Shown here in pieces: positions 45,095 through 63,639 of a stretch of 64,000 nucleotides of DNA (position 1 is the stretch's first letter; every line of letters begins with the position of its first letter). Made by a program: the position numbers and the translations under genes. The stretch is from the sequence record PP526765; one strand, 5' to 3'. The stretch comes from Escherichia phage HK3. Below the pieces are notes generated by a model, which was not told the DNA's origin, searched no databases, and worked only from the letters and a program-made list of their open reading frames with translations.

Positions 45095-46447
45095 ATGTGG
45101 AATCCAATTGTTAATGTAGATATTACATTGAACACCGCAGGAACTACAAGAGAAGGTTTTGGTTTGCCACTATTCTTAGCTTCAACAGATAACTTTGAAG
45201 AAAGAGTTCGTGGTTACACTTCCTTAACTGAAGTTGCTGAAGATTTCGATGAGAAGTCTGCTGCATATAAGGCTGCTAAACAACTTTGGAGTCAAACTCC
45301 TAAAGTAACTCAGCTTTATATTGGTAGACGTGCTATGCAGTACACTGTGTCAATTCCTGACTCTGTTACTGAAAGTACCGATTATTCTTTAACTGTAGCT
45401 GTGGGCGGTGGAGTTTCTCAACCATACCAGTACACATCAAAAAGCTCAGACACTGCTGAGAAGGTGTTACAGCAGCTTAAAACACAGATTGAAGCTGACC
45501 CAGCAATTAAAGATAAAGTTTCTGTGAATGTAACTGGTAGCAATGCTTCTGCCACAATGATTATTACCAAAGCTGGTGATAATGACTTTGTGAAAGTAAC
45601 AACTACAGCGCATACTGTGTATGTTGCAAGCACAACTGCTGATACAGCATCAACTGCTCTGGCAGCCATCGAAGCTTATTCTACCGACTGGTATTTCATT
45701 GCAGCAGAAGATAGAACTCAACAGTTTGTCTTAGCAATGGCTTCTGAGATTCAGGCTCGTAAGAAAATATTCTTCACTGCTAACTCTGATGTAGCAGCAC
45801 TGCAAGGCACAGAATTAAACAGTGCAAATGATGTTCCAGCACAGCTTGCTAAGAGTATGTACACCCGCACAGTTTGCTTGTGGCATCACACAGCAGCAGA
45901 AGACTATCCAGAGATGGCATACATTGCTTATGGCGCTCCGTATGATGCAGGTTCAATTGCTTGGGGCAATGCTCAGTTGACTGGTGTAGCTGCTTCTCTA
46001 CAGCCAGCTAATAAGAGACCTCTGACAAGTATTCAGAAGTCAGCTTTAGATGCACGTCACTGTAACTTTATTGACCTTGATGGTGGTGTTCCAGTGGTTC
46101 GTAGAGGGATTACTTCTGGTGGGGAATGGATTGATATCATCCGTGGTGTTGACTGGTTAGAATCAGACCTGAAAACTTCTCTGAGAGACTTGCTAATTAA
46201 CCAGAAGGGTGGTAAGATTACTTATGATGATACTGGTATTACTCGTATTCGTCAAGTCATTGAAACCTCTCTACAAAGAGCAGTCAACAGAAACTTCCTG
46301 TCATCTTACACAGTTAATGTTCCTAAAGCCTCTCAAGTTGCTTTAGCAGACAAGAAAGCTCGTATCCTGAAAGACGTTACCTTCGCAGGTATCTTAGCAG
46401 GTGCTATCTTGGATGTTGACTTGAAAGGTACAGTGGCTTACGAATAA
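45095..46447 (+). CDS. tail sheath protein (putative)
   Basis: 450-aa ORF immediately before a ~150-aa tube-sized ORF. Confidence 0.5.
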   Translation: MWNPIVNVDITLNTAGTTREGFGLPLFLASTDNFEERVRGYTSLTEVAEDFDEKSAAYKAAKQLWSQTPKVTQLYIGRRAMQYTVSIPDSVTESTDYSLTVAVGGGVSQPYQYTSKSSDTAEKVLQQLKTQIEADPAIKDKVSVNVTGSNASATMIITKAGDNDFVKVTTTAHTVYVASTTADTASTALAAIEAYSTDWYFIAAEDRTQQFVLAMASEIQARKKIFFTANSDVAALQGTELNSANDVPAQLAKSMYTRTVCLWHHTAAEDYPEMAYIAYGAPYDAGSIAWGNAQLTGVAASLQPANKRPLTSIQKSALDARHCNFIDLDGGVPVVRRGITSGGEWIDIIRGVDWLESDLKTSLRDLLINQKGGKITYDDTGITRIRQVIETSLQRAVNRNFLSSYTVNVPKASQVALADKKARILKDVTFAGILAGAILDVDLKGTVAYE

Positions 46448-46462
46448 TAGAGGTAAATTGGA

Positions 46463-46909
46463 ATGGCTATGTATCAGCAATATTCCCCTAAAGACGTTGT
46501 ATGTAGCTGGAACGGCATTGCTATTGAAGGCTTTGCTCCAGATTCATTCTTGCGTCTACAGAGAACATCACCACTTATCACACCAGTTGTAGGTGCAGGT
46601 GGTCAAGTTGCTCTGACAAGAAATGCAGACAAGACAGGTACTATTGAGATTGAGCTAATGCAGACTTCTCTCTCTAATCAGATGCTTTCTGCAATTCAAG
46701 CTAAACAAGACAATATGGAACTTGAAGAAGATATCTCTTCTAACTTCGTAATCTACGACCCATCAGGCTCTGTTCTGGCAACTGGTATTAATGCTTGGTT
46801 GCAGGAACTACCACAGATTGAACTTGGTCGTGACCAGAACTCTAAAACTTGGATTTTTGGTTGTGAGAAGCTAGACTACACTTCTACAATTCCAGCGTCA
46901 AGTGTTTAA
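46463..46909 (+). CDS. tail tube protein (putative)
   Basis: 148-aa ORF after the sheath gene; followed by a terminator. Confidence 0.5.
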   Translation: MAMYQQYSPKDVVCSWNGIAIEGFAPDSFLRLQRTSPLITPVVGAGGQVALTRNADKTGTIEIELMQTSLSNQMLSAIQAKQDNMELEEDISSNFVIYDPSGSVLATGINAWLQELPQIELGRDQNSKTWIFGCEKLDYTSTIPASSV

Positions 46910-46919
46910 TAAATCCTAT

Positions 46920-46952
46920 AAGGGGGAGACTTTAAAAGGTCTTCCCCTTTTT
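46920..46952 (+). terminator. rho-independent terminator
   Basis: GGGGGAGAC-TTTAAAAG-GTCTTCCCC hairpin plus TTTTTT. Confidence 0.7.
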
Positions 46953-46982
46953 TGTTTCTTTTAAAAGTATTAAGGAATCACA

Positions 46983-47381
46983 ATGAAAACAGAATCTAGA
47001 GTAATTAATGGTAAGAAAGTAAATATCATTCTGCTTGGGGCAAGAGATGGTATTAAGATGTCTATGAAGTTGGGTAAAATTGTTGTTCCAACTTTTGCAC
47101 AGATGCTATCAAGTCTGACGGATAAAGATAAGAAAGAGGCTCCAATGGTTCCATTTAAAGAACTTGTTGAAGCTTGTTTTGACAGAATTGAGGAAATTAA
47201 CCTAGAAGAAATGGCTACCCTGCTATTTCAAGGGGCAACTGTTGATGACTTCCCACTTAATATTGATACATACTTCCAAGCAAACTATGGTGAATTTATT
47301 GATTACTTAGCATTTGCGCTGGAGGCAAACTTCGGAAGTTTTTTCGAAGCAAGCATTTTCAAAAGCCTAACTTCTCAGTAA
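46983..47381 (+). CDS. tail assembly chaperone (putative)
   Basis: position immediately upstream of the tape measure gene. Confidence 0.4.
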   Translation: MKTESRVINGKKVNIILLGARDGIKMSMKLGKIVVPTFAQMLSSLTDKDKKEAPMVPFKELVEACFDRIEEINLEEMATLLFQGATVDDFPLNIDTYFQANYGEFIDYLAFALEANFGSFFEASIFKSLTSQ

Positions 47382-47383
47382 AC

Positions 47384-47622
47384 ATGGGTAACACTCTACA
47401 GACACCACTGACTGATGCTGCTGTAGAGTCAACCTATGAAGAAGCAGACGAGATGAAATTTGTGCTTGCTATTTATGGTATGGAAGGGTGTAAAGAAACA
47501 CTTGACCAACTCTTTGCTATGACATTCTCTGATTTATTATCATTGAGACAATTTCTTGAAATTCAGAGGTCGTATAAAGAGGAAATTGCTTACAACGAAC
47601 TTAGAAGAGCAGGAAAAATGTA

Positions 47623-47623
<1 letters not shown>
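47384..47623 (+). CDS. small acidic protein (79 aa), possibly chaperone partner
   Basis: ORF track. Confidence 0.35.
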
Positions 47624-55654
<8,031 letters not shown>

Positions 55655-55656
55655 TA

Positions 55657-56826
55657 ATGGCAGTAGGTGAAATTCAAATTAGTGCCTTGCCTCAAGCAGC
55701 CTTACCGATTGACCTTAGTGATATCTTCCATCTTAAGCAGGGTATTGAGGATAAGAGATGTACTCTTGAGCAACTACTTGCTCCACACTCAAGCTTAAGA
55801 AATAACCCTCATGGTGTTACTAAAACACAAATTGGTTTAGATAATGTTATTAATGCTCTTCAGTTAGTTGCTGCAAATAACTTATCAGATATTGTTAATG
55901 TAGCTGAGGCAAGAAAAAATCTACAGATTATGTCTTCAGAAGAGGTTAATAGTCTTATTCAACAGCATATTAATGACAAGAGCAACCCACACAATACAAC
56001 TAAGGCACAGGTTGGTTTAAGTAATGTCCAGAACTGGACAACATCTAACCTTTATAATGAAGATGCAGATAAGTATGCTACAGCAAGAGCAGTAAATAAC
56101 TTGTACAAGGCTGTTCAGGCTTCTTATCCAGTAGGTACTATCCATCTCTCTATGAATCCTGCAAACCCTTCTACATATTTAATTTGTGGAGGTACTTGGG
56201 AGTTAGTCTCAAAAGGGAGAGCACTTGTAGGTTATGATAGTGATTCTAGGCCAGTTGGTAGTAACTTTGGCTCTAGCAGTGTTAGTTTGTCTAGCAACAA
56301 TTTACCATCACACAGCCATTCTATCTACCTAACAGGTGGGAATCATAGTCATGGTGCAAATGTCTCAGTTAGTGCGTTTGATTATGGTACTAAATCAACC
56401 TCATCATTTGATTACGGTACTAAGACTACAAACACTACGGGTGCTCATACACACTCTGTGAGTGGTTCAACAAATACAACAGGTGCTCACACGCATGGAT
56501 ATGTCACTGGTTACCAAGATACTGGTGCATCAGGTGATTGGGATAGGGATGGACACAGGAATACTGTTCAGACCGATAGTGCTGGTAACCACTCTCACTC
56601 CATCAGTGGTACTGCTGCATCCAATGGTAATCATAATCACACGGTGGCTATTGGTTCGCACTCACACACTGTTGCTATCGGAGCGCATTCACACAATGTA
56701 ACAGCTAGTGTTACTGGAGCCGGAGAACACACCCATTCAGGTACTACCGGTGCTACTGGTGCTGGTCAAGCATTTAGTGTTGAGCAACCATCTTTTGTAG
56801 TTTATGTATGGCAAAGAACAGCTTAA
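55657..56826 (+). CDS. short tail fiber / receptor-binding protein with His-x-His tip domain
   Basis: C-terminal 180 aa carries at least 9 HxH motifs (SHSHS, NHSHG, AHTHS, AHTHG, NHSHS, NHNHT, SHSHT, AHSHN, EHTHS) and ends ...AFSV...W.RTA. Confidence 0.65.
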   Translation: MAVGEIQISALPQAALPIDLSDIFHLKQGIEDKRCTLEQLLAPHSSLRNNPHGVTKTQIGLDNVINALQLVAANNLSDIVNVAEARKNLQIMSSEEVNSLIQQHINDKSNPHNTTKAQVGLSNVQNWTTSNLYNEDADKYATARAVNNLYKAVQASYPVGTIHLSMNPANPSTYLICGGTWELVSKGRALVGYDSDSRPVGSNFGSSSVSLSSNNLPSHSHSIYLTGGNHSHGANVSVSAFDYGTKSTSSFDYGTKTTNTTGAHTHSVSGSTNTTGAHTHGYVTGYQDTGASGDWDRDGHRNTVQTDSAGNHSHSISGTAASNGNHNHTVAIGSHSHTVAIGAHSHNVTASVTGAGEHTHSGTTGATGAGQAFSVEQPSFVVYVWQRTA

Positions 56827-56873
56827 AATTCTTTACAGGGGGCTGTATAGCCCTCTTTCTAGAGGACAAAATA

Positions 56874-59396
56874 ATGGCAGATTACAAATTGAGTCAATTG
56901 AACTCAATCGACACAATCCGTTCAGATGACCTTCTTCATGTCAGAGTTAAAAAGAGACCTGAAATGCTGGGTGATGAAGACCGTCGAATGACCTATCAAG
57001 ACTTCTTAGCGTCTTTTAAACTAGAAAGGTTTGTTCAGATTGCTGGTAGCACTATGACGGGTGACTTAGGAATTGTTAAGTTACTTTATGGTGGCAAGGT
57101 AGTCTTTGACCCTACAGGCTCTTCTGAGATTACTATGGGGGATGTTTTAAAGACTTTTAAAATTAATGCAAATGGTCTTAAACTAACTATTGCAGATGCT
57201 TCAAGGTCTGCAACCGTTTATCATACTCTGAATAAGCCAAGCCCTAATGAACTTGGGATGAGAACTAATGAAGAGAATGATGAAAGATATGCAAGACTTG
57301 CTGTTACAAACTCATTCCAAGCTAAACAGAGTGTCGTAGCAAATGGTGAGCAGTTGACACTGAAGACCCCTGCGGGTGCAAGTGAGGCATACTCCGCTAT
57401 TGTAGGTCGAAATGCCAATAATGATAAAACTTGGGCTGTTGGGAATCTAACTCAAGGAAGTCTTGATGTCCATCTCGAAAACAGCAGAGGTTCAAGAATC
57501 ACTCTAGGTGCAATTGTGTCTGTTAATAAGGCTCTCGCTATTACTGGACAGGTTCAACCTTCTGACTTCTCTAACTTAGATGCTAGATACTTTACTCAGA
57601 CAGTGGCTAATCAGAGATTTGCGCAGTTAGCTGCGAATAACACTTTTAGTGGTTTAAACACCTTCAGCAATTATGTTAGTGTTAGCTCTAATGCTGCCGC
57701 TATCATGCTAAAAAATAAAGCTGTTAATGAATCTTTGTTCATCCTAGCAAAAGATGTTGAAAACAATAACCTGTGGTATATTGGTAAAGGTGGTGCAAAT
57801 GATAATATCACATTTTATGATTACAAGGGTAACACCTCTCTTGTCTTCAACTCATCTGGTGCTGCATTTAACAAACCTGTAAAAATCACTGGTCAAGTTC
57901 AACCCTCTGATTGGTCTAACATTGACGCTAGATACATCCCAGCAGGAACATTAAGTACAATTGCCAGAACTAATGCAAGTAACACGTTCACTGCAAAGCA
58001 GGTTATTAACACTAATGGTGAAGCCCTTACGTTACAAGGAAAGACAACCGCAGCACTTTACATTAGAGGTAAGGATTATGATGGAACGAATAGGTGGTAT
58101 GTTGGTAATGACAGTGAGAGTGACACTCTTAGTGTATATAACTATAAAACTGGTAAAAGCCTAAGCATTGGTTCCGAAGTAGCAATTAATGCAACATTAG
58201 TAATTGATGGTCAAGTACAACCTAGCAACTGGTCTAACTTAGATGCTAGATACTTCACTCAAAGTTCTAGCGACGGCAGATACCTGATAATTAGAAGCGC
58301 AGGCTTTAATTTAGGAGACGGTGAAAAGTGGGCTAAAATTGCTACTGTTGTGATGCCGCAATCAGCATCAACGGCAGTTATTGAGGTTTTTGGTGGCGCA
58401 GGGTTTACTATCAATAAACCAAATCAAGCAGGGAAGTGTGAGATTGTTTTACGAACATCAAATAACAACCCAAAAGGTTTGAATGCTGTAGCTTGGAAAA
58501 CCGCTGAGAATAACATCATCACTGATATCGGTCATGTGAATACGTCTGGTGACACTTATGATATTTACTGTCGAGTTGGTCCGTACCAAAATGGTACAAC
58601 AGCAAGAGTTCAATCTTCTAGTAATGCAAGTGTACAGTTGTTTGAAGTCCCACAGACATTTAATGATGCACCACAAGGTATTGTGAAGGGTACAGTTGCA
58701 AAATACTACACTAGTTTGCAAAAACCAACCCCTTCAGAGATTGGTGCATACACTAAAACTGAAACTGACCAGAAGATTGCACAGGCAGTAAGTGATTCTA
58801 CAGACCTTAATAAAATCTATCCAGTGGGTATTGTGACATGGTTTAACAGTAATGTTGACCCTAATACAGCACTGCCTGGTCTAACTTGGACGTACCTCAA
58901 CAATGGCGTTGGTAGAACTATCAGAATTGCAGCGGCAAACGGTTCAGATGTTGCTACAACTGGTGGTTCAGACTCTGTGACGTTAGCTGTTGGGAACCTG
59001 CCTTCACACACTCACAGTTTTTCTGCTACCACTTCATCTTTTGACTACGGAACAAAAAACACTAACACGACTGGTGCTCACACTCACTCTGTGAGTGGTT
59101 CAACGAATACAACAGGTGCTCACACACATGGTTATACTACTGGTGCGCAACCAAGTGGTACAAGGGGTGATTGGGATTCTGACGGTAACAGGAATACCGT
59201 ACAAACGGGTAGTGCTGGGAATCACTCACACACTGTATCTGGTACTGCTGCATCAAATGGTAACCATGCTCACAGTGTTGGTATTGGTGCTCACAACCAC
59301 ACAGTTAGTGGTAACACTGGTGGTACAGGTTCTGGTTCAGCATTTAGTGTTACTAACCAGTTCTATAAGTTAATGGCTTGGGTGAGAACTGCTTAA
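56874..59396 (+). CDS. long tail fiber with three internal shaft repeats and a paralogous His-x-His tip
   Basis: GQVQPS(D/N)(F/W)SN(L/I)DARY repeated near 57540, 57895, 58210; C-terminus mirrors that of 55657..56826; ATG 56874 preferred over track start 56808. Confidence 0.65.
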   Translation: MADYKLSQLNSIDTIRSDDLLHVRVKKRPEMLGDEDRRMTYQDFLASFKLERFVQIAGSTMTGDLGIVKLLYGGKVVFDPTGSSEITMGDVLKTFKINANGLKLTIADASRSATVYHTLNKPSPNELGMRTNEENDERYARLAVTNSFQAKQSVVANGEQLTLKTPAGASEAYSAIVGRNANNDKTWAVGNLTQGSLDVHLENSRGSRITLGAIVSVNKALAITGQVQPSDFSNLDARYFTQTVANQRFAQLAANNTFSGLNTFSNYVSVSSNAAAIMLKNKAVNESLFILAKDVENNNLWYIGKGGANDNITFYDYKGNTSLVFNSSGAAFNKPVKITGQVQPSDWSNIDARYIPAGTLSTIARTNASNTFTAKQVINTNGEALTLQGKTTAALYIRGKDYDGTNRWYVGNDSESDTLSVYNYKTGKSLSIGSEVAINATLVIDGQVQPSNWSNLDARYFTQSSSDGRYLIIRSAGFNLGDGEKWAKIATVVMPQSASTAVIEVFGGAGFTINKPNQAGKCEIVLRTSNNNPKGLNAVAWKTAENNIITDIGHVNTSGDTYDIYCRVGPYQNGTTARVQSSSNASVQLFEVPQTFNDAPQGIVKGTVAKYYTSLQKPTPSEIGAYTKTETDQKIAQAVSDSTDLNKIYPVGIVTWFNSNVDPNTALPGLTWTYLNNGVGRTIRIAAANGSDVATTGGSDSVTLAVGNLPSHTHSFSATTSSFDYGTKNTNTTGAHTHSVSGSTNTTGAHTHGYTTGAQPSGTRGDWDSDGNRNTVQTGSAGNHSHTVSGTAASNGNHAHSVGIGAHNHTVSGNTGGTGSGSAFSVTNQFYKLMAWVRTA

Positions 59397-59475
59397 TCCC
59401 TTATTGACTGATTGTTAAGATGGTGTTAATATTCTTTATGGGTATTCTCACCATCTTGGCTGATGAGGTGATTAA

Positions 59476-59673
59476 ATGCCTACAATCCTAGCAATTATTC
59501 TAAAAAATCTAGGTAGCTTCTTCTGGAAACTCATTTTATCCCTTCTAAGTGAATACATGATTGAGAAAGTGTTCTTTAGGCTTGCAAGATACCTTGCTAG
59601 TAAAACAGACACACCTATTGATGATGAGTTCGTAGATAACTTAGAAAAAGCTTTTAAGGGGGAGAATAAATGA
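59476..59673 (+). CDS. small membrane protein (65 aa; holin-like?)
   Basis: single hydrophobic helix then charged C-terminus. Confidence 0.35.
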   Translation: MPTILAIILKNLGSFFWKLILSLLSEYMIEKVFFRLARYLASKTDTPIDDEFVDNLEKAFKGENK

Positions 59674-60041
59674 AGTGGCTAGAGGAAGCTTTTAAAAATA
59701 ATATTGGTGCAATTGTAGTAGGTATTTTTAGTGTTATTGGGATGTATACCACAATGCAGGTTGCAAGTGGTAAACAAGAAGTGTCTATCACAACAAAGTT
59801 ACAGCAGCTAGATAATTATTCCAAAAGTAACTATTCAGCTATTCGTGATTTACAGTCTGACATGAGATTGCTTCAGCTAGGGATGGAGAACCAGAAAGTT
59901 CAGTTAGAGAATGTTAAGGGTGAGAACGCAAAACTTACTAAGACTCTTGATAAGTTCTCTGACAGTGTGAACAATCTGGCTCAATCAGTATCAGCCCTCC
60001 AAGCTATTACTGAAAAGAACACAAAGAGTACTGAAAAGTAA
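59670..60041 (+). CDS. N-terminal TM helix plus helical C-terminal region (123 aa)
   Basis: ORF track; coupled to previous ORF. Confidence 0.4.
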   Translation: MKWLEEAFKNNIGAIVVGIFSVIGMYTTMQVASGKQEVSITTKLQQLDNYSKSNYSAIRDLQSDMRLLQLGMENQKVQLENVKGENAKLTKTLDKFSDSVNNLAQSVSALQAITEKNTKSTEK

Positions 60042-60047
60042 AGTTTA

Positions 60048-60076
60048 AGGCTCCTTTTTACGGGAGCCTTTTTTGT
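60048..60076. terminator. hairpin terminator between convergent units (likely bidirectional)
   Basis: AGGCTCC-TTTTTACG-GGAGCCT hairpin with T-run on plus and A-run upstream. Confidence 0.65.
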
Positions 60077-60077
60077 T

Positions 60078-60977
60078 TTATTTACCTACTGACAAAGGTG
60101 CTTCAATCTTTCCTGCATGTTGGTAATTGCTAATACCACCAATAAAGTCACTTGCAGTCAGATGTTTCAGGTCACTTAAAGTATTAAGCTGTAAACCAAT
60201 CTCAAAAGTCGGTGCATGAAACTCTTCATTGTTCATCAGTTCATAGACCTGCTTCATATGATTCTGATAAATCTGAGTATCTCCAAAGACACCTATCAAG
60301 TACCGTGGAGTGTACCCAGTCATCTTGCAAAGAACTTCCAGAATAAAACCATAAGATGCAATATTAAACGGAAGTCCTAAAAAGGTGTCTACAGAACGCT
60401 GATACCATTGTAAGTCAACTTCACCTTCGTTAGTGATATAAATCTGAAACAGAACATGACAAGGTGCTAAAGCCATCGAGTTGGATGCAATATCTGCTGC
60501 ATTCCAAGCATTAACAAGCATGTAGCGGTCTGTAATATCACCCTTCATCTTCGTCACTAAGGTCTCTAACTGGTCTACAACACAACCGTTATGGCCTTCA
60601 AAGTTTCTCCACTGAACTCCGTAGATTCTTCCACCTGCATCCTCTAACCAATCCTGTTCAGAAGAATAATTAGAGCTTAACCAACGTTTAAAATCATCTG
60701 ACCAGATAGTCCAGCGTTCCCCATCATTTTCACCCCAAGTACGGTAACGGAGTTCACCCAGCTTATTCTCACCATTCAGGAACCATAAAGCTTCCCCGAT
60801 AACTTGCCGTGTAAACACCTGTTTAGATGTTAAGAGTGGGAAACCAGTTCGCATATCAAAACGAAACTGAGGTGGAGCAAATGCAGAGATAACATCTCCA
60901 GTTCGTGTAGTACGCAATTCACCAACGGATAAAACATGGTTCAGGATATTTTTGTAGCTTGAATCTGCTTGTGACAT
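60078..60977 (-). CDS. thyA: thymidylate synthase
   Basis: ThyA signatures ALAPCH, QRSVDTFLGLPFNIASY. Confidence 0.85.
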   Translation of the reverse strand: MSQADSSYKNILNHVLSVGELRTTRTGDVISAFAPPQFRFDMRTGFPLLTSKQVFTRQVIGEALWFLNGENKLGELRYRTWGENDGERWTIWSDDFKRWLSSNYSSEQDWLEDAGGRIYGVQWRNFEGHNGCVVDQLETLVTKMKGDITDRYMLVNAWNAADIASNSMALAPCHVLFQIYITNEGEVDLQWYQRSVDTFLGLPFNIASYGFILEVLCKMTGYTPRYLIGVFGDTQIYQNHMKQVYELMNNEEFHAPTFEIGLQLNTLSDLKHLTASDFIGGISNYQHAGKIEAPLSVGK

Positions 60978-60978
60978 A

Positions 60979-61524
60979 TCAAAAGTGTCCTTTTACTTGT
61001 GGAACATAAATCTCAAAAGTTGCTTTACCATCCTCTGATGGTTTTGACTGTACCTTTGTAAATACACGGTTATCATACAACTTCTCAAAGAAGTTTTCAA
61101 AAGGTAAATGCACAGTGGCCTCTTCAGTAACTTTATGGAAAACAGTATGGAACACCACACTAGCATACGGTAAAGCATTGACAAGGACACCTGCACCACC
61201 AATTACAAAGACATCTTCATCAATAGAGCTATCAAGATACTTCAAAAATGCTCCAAATGACTCTTTACTGGCTTTTGCATACATTACATCATCTTTGCCA
61301 AAGTCTATACCTAAGTATGGTACAGAATTTGTTAAGATGAGGTTTGCACGTTCTGGTAAAGGTTTACTACCCAGAGTCTTAAAAGTCTCATTACCCATGA
61401 CTACTAAGTTATTTTTAGTGAGTCTCTTAAACTCTTGCATATCCTGTTTATGTCGAGGCCACGGCATACCAGTTGGAGTACCAAACTCCCCATTTTCACC
61501 ACTTGCAAAGATTAATTTAATCAT
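60979..61524 (-). CDS. folA: dihydrofolate reductase
   Basis: DHFR-like N-terminus (IKLIFASGENGEFGTPTGMPWP) and size 181 aa; adjacent to thyA. Confidence 0.75.
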   Translation of the reverse strand: MIKLIFASGENGEFGTPTGMPWPRHKQDMQEFKRLTKNNLVVMGNETFKTLGSKPLPERANLILTNSVPYLGIDFGKDDVMYAKASKESFGAFLKYLDSSIDEDVFVIGGAGVLVNALPYASVVFHTVFHKVTEEATVHLPFENFFEKLYDNRVFTKVQSKPSEDGKATFEIYVPQVKGHF

Positions 61525-61781
61525 TTTGTAAATCCTTTCTTAATGAACCAGTTGATAACATTCTTCACAGCTTTATTGCTGTGATAGATTAAGTGTGGTG
61601 TAGGTTGGTATGAACCATAAGCCCAGAATGATAGATGCTCACCACAACCAACACATGTAGTACTTTCTTCAGCTATATGACCATTAACAATCACATGAAC
61701 TTCACCTTGTAAGTCTGTACACCCACAATGTGGACAACGGATAGGTGTTCCATCAGACTCATAGCAGTGTTCAATTTTCAT
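61521..61781 (-). CDS. small zinc-ribbon protein (CPHCGC...CVGCG)
   Basis: ORF track; two CxxC pairs. Confidence 0.45.
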   Translation of the reverse strand: MKIEHCYESDGTPIRCPHCGCTDLQGEVHVIVNGHIAEESTTCVGCGEHLSFWAYGSYQPTPHLIYHSNKAVKNVINWFIKKGFTK

Positions 61782-62297
61782 TTATTTAACCTCAAAAACT
61801 GGCTCAAGAACCAATATAAAGTCTACACAGTCATCTTCTTCATCCAGAATACCATCAAAGTTCTTAGGAACGAAGTCGAAGAGGCTCATAACAAAACAGT
61901 CAGAAGTGACCCTGATAGTTCCTCCAATGTTCTCTACAGTTAACACTGTACGACTTTCTTTTACCTCCCTCAGAAGATTACCCACAAAGTCATCTAAGAA
62001 GTACTTCATCAGTGACTTAAAACCTTTAGGGTAATCTGTACCAGAGTATGTTTCAATCTGAGGTACAAGCTTAACATTTATACTAGTCTTTGTTAAGAAT
62101 GTATTAGAGAACATACTATCAGGTAACTTACAAACAGTCTTTCCAGTACCTTCATGTTCAATCTCAACAAAACCAGCTTCATCGCCACACGTAACTATTT
62201 TAAAAGATGCTTCATTCTCATACTGTGAAGCCATAAACTTTTTAAGCATTTCTTTAAGGAAATCTGCATGAGCATCTTGTAAGTAGATATCAATCAT
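61782..62297 (-). CDS. hypothetical protein (171 aa)
   Basis: ORF track. Confidence 0.5.
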   Translation of the reverse strand: MIDIYLQDAHADFLKEMLKKFMASQYENEASFKIVTCGDEAGFVEIEHEGTGKTVCKLPDSMFSNTFLTKTSINVKLVPQIETYSGTDYPKGFKSLMKYFLDDFVGNLLREVKESRTVLTVENIGGTIRVTSDCFVMSLFDFVPKNFDGILDEEDDCVDFILVLEPVFEVK

Positions 62298-62310
62298 AAT
62301 TCATCACCTA

Positions 62311-62670
62311 TTATGGGAACAGACACTTAATGTCATCGTTTTTGAAAACGAAGCTTGTGTAGTTGTGACCGTCAACATCCAGCCAAACAGCCTGAACATC
62401 TACACCATCAAGATTGTGGTAAAGCTCTTTGATGAAGTGGTCTTTCACAATCTTGCTGCTAGTTGTTTCCAGCTTAATGTTTGAGATTGCTGAACCTACA
62501 GCCATATAACCCATGACACGTTTCTTCTCAGTATGCTTAATCTTACCATCTTTGTAAGCCATAATAAGATTGGAAAGAATCTTCACACCATAATACTTTT
62601 CAAGGTGAGTTGGTACACCATAAAAACCTAATGCGAAGTTTTCAGAGTGGATAATGTTTTCACGTTTCAT
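62311..62670 (-). CDS. hypothetical protein (119 aa)
   Basis: ORF track. Confidence 0.5.
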   Translation of the reverse strand: MKRENIIHSENFALGFYGVPTHLEKYYGVKILSNLIMAYKDGKIKHTEKKRVMGYMAVGSAISNIKLETTSSKIVKDHFIKELYHNLDGVDVQAVWLDVDGHNYTSFVFKNDDIKCLFP

Positions 62671-62671
62671 A

Positions 62672-63001
62672 TTAATCTGCCAACCTTAAATTAAAATTAA
62701 CACCAAATTTTTCGCATACTTCCAACATAAACTCAAGAGAGACATTACCAGTGAGATTGATTATGTTGGATACACGAGCCTGAGAGATACCACAAATTTT
62801 AGCAACTTGCTCTTGAGAAAGACCTCTGGATTTAATCTCTCTCTTAAAACGATGTGCAACGAAGTCTCTCATTTCGTCTACATCCATTGGACAAATATAA
62901 CTCTCCATTTCAGCCTCTCTGTCAGCCTCCCAATCATCTTGTGGAGCATAAGGGTCAAAAACCTCATTCATCTTTCTTCTTCCGTTTGCGTGAAGTGTCA
63001 A
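62672..63001 (-). CDS. XRE-type helix-turn-helix DNA-binding protein
   Basis: LSQEQVAKICGISQARVSNI matches the XRE-family HTH pattern. Confidence 0.55.
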   Translation of the reverse strand: MTLHANGRRKMNEVFDPYAPQDDWEADREAEMESYICPMDVDEMRDFVAHRFKREIKSRGLSQEQVAKICGISQARVSNIINLTGNVSLEFMLEVCEKFGVNFNLRLAD

Positions 63002-63176
63002 TCAATGAATCTATGTTTGTAGCCCTAACCTTTTCACGTTCATCGTTAAGATAATCATCAAGAGCCTTTTCAATCTGTGAATCATCTTGACAGATAACTG
63101 TAAAGACTGTAAAGCCGTCTGTATCATCAATTATCTTACCATAACCGCTTCTGGGATGTAACTTTTTAAGAGCCAT
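62964..63176 (-). CDS. hypothetical protein (70 aa)
   Basis: ORF track. Confidence 0.4.
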   Translation of the reverse strand: MALKKLHPRSGYGKIIDDTDGFTVFTVICQDDSQIEKALDDYLNDEREKVRATNIDSLIDTSRKRKKKDE

Positions 63177-63177
63177 A

Positions 63178-63561
63178 TCAAATACCTGTGCAGCTTCTGT
63201 TTTCTAAGAAATACTCAACACCATACATAGCTTTTTGCATCAAATCCTCTTTAAACTGGATGCGATGATTGAGCATAGTCTGTACATCAATATCCTCATG
63301 GTGCTTCTCTTTAATGTTTGCAGATTGCAGGAAATACTCTGCAAGAACACGATACTGATAGTCAGTCACCTTATCAGTCATCTCTGTTAAAGACTCTTCA
63401 GAGATTGGTTTAAGTAACTCACCATTAGCCAGAGCAACACCTTTAACAATCTGGCAAGTGTCTTCTGGAACACCTGATAAGTCCACATTGGGAAGTTCTG
63501 TTGCATTAGCTGGTAAATTCATTGCCATAACCATTGCAGCAGCTAATAAAATCTTTTTCAT
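63178..63561 (-). CDS. secreted/periplasmic protein (127 aa)
   Basis: N-terminal signal peptide MKKILLAAAMVMAMNLPANA. Confidence 0.5.
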   Translation of the reverse strand: MKKILLAAAMVMAMNLPANATELPNVDLSGVPEDTCQIVKGVALANGELLKPISEESLTEMTDKVTDYQYRVLAEYFLQSANIKEKHHEDIDVQTMLNHRIQFKEDLMQKAMYGVEYFLENRSCTGI

Positions 63562-63639
63562 AATGACCTCAAAGTTATATTAAATTTTGTATTACATTGA
63601 GTATAAAAATAAGCTATAACACCTGACTTGTCAACAGAT

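Noticed and set aside
55657-59396. Collagen-like or glycine-repeat interpretation of the tail-fiber repetitive regions
   Set aside because: No G-X-Y triplet periodicity; the repeats are His-x-His and Ser/Thr/Gly-rich beta-type motifs characteristic of fiber tips
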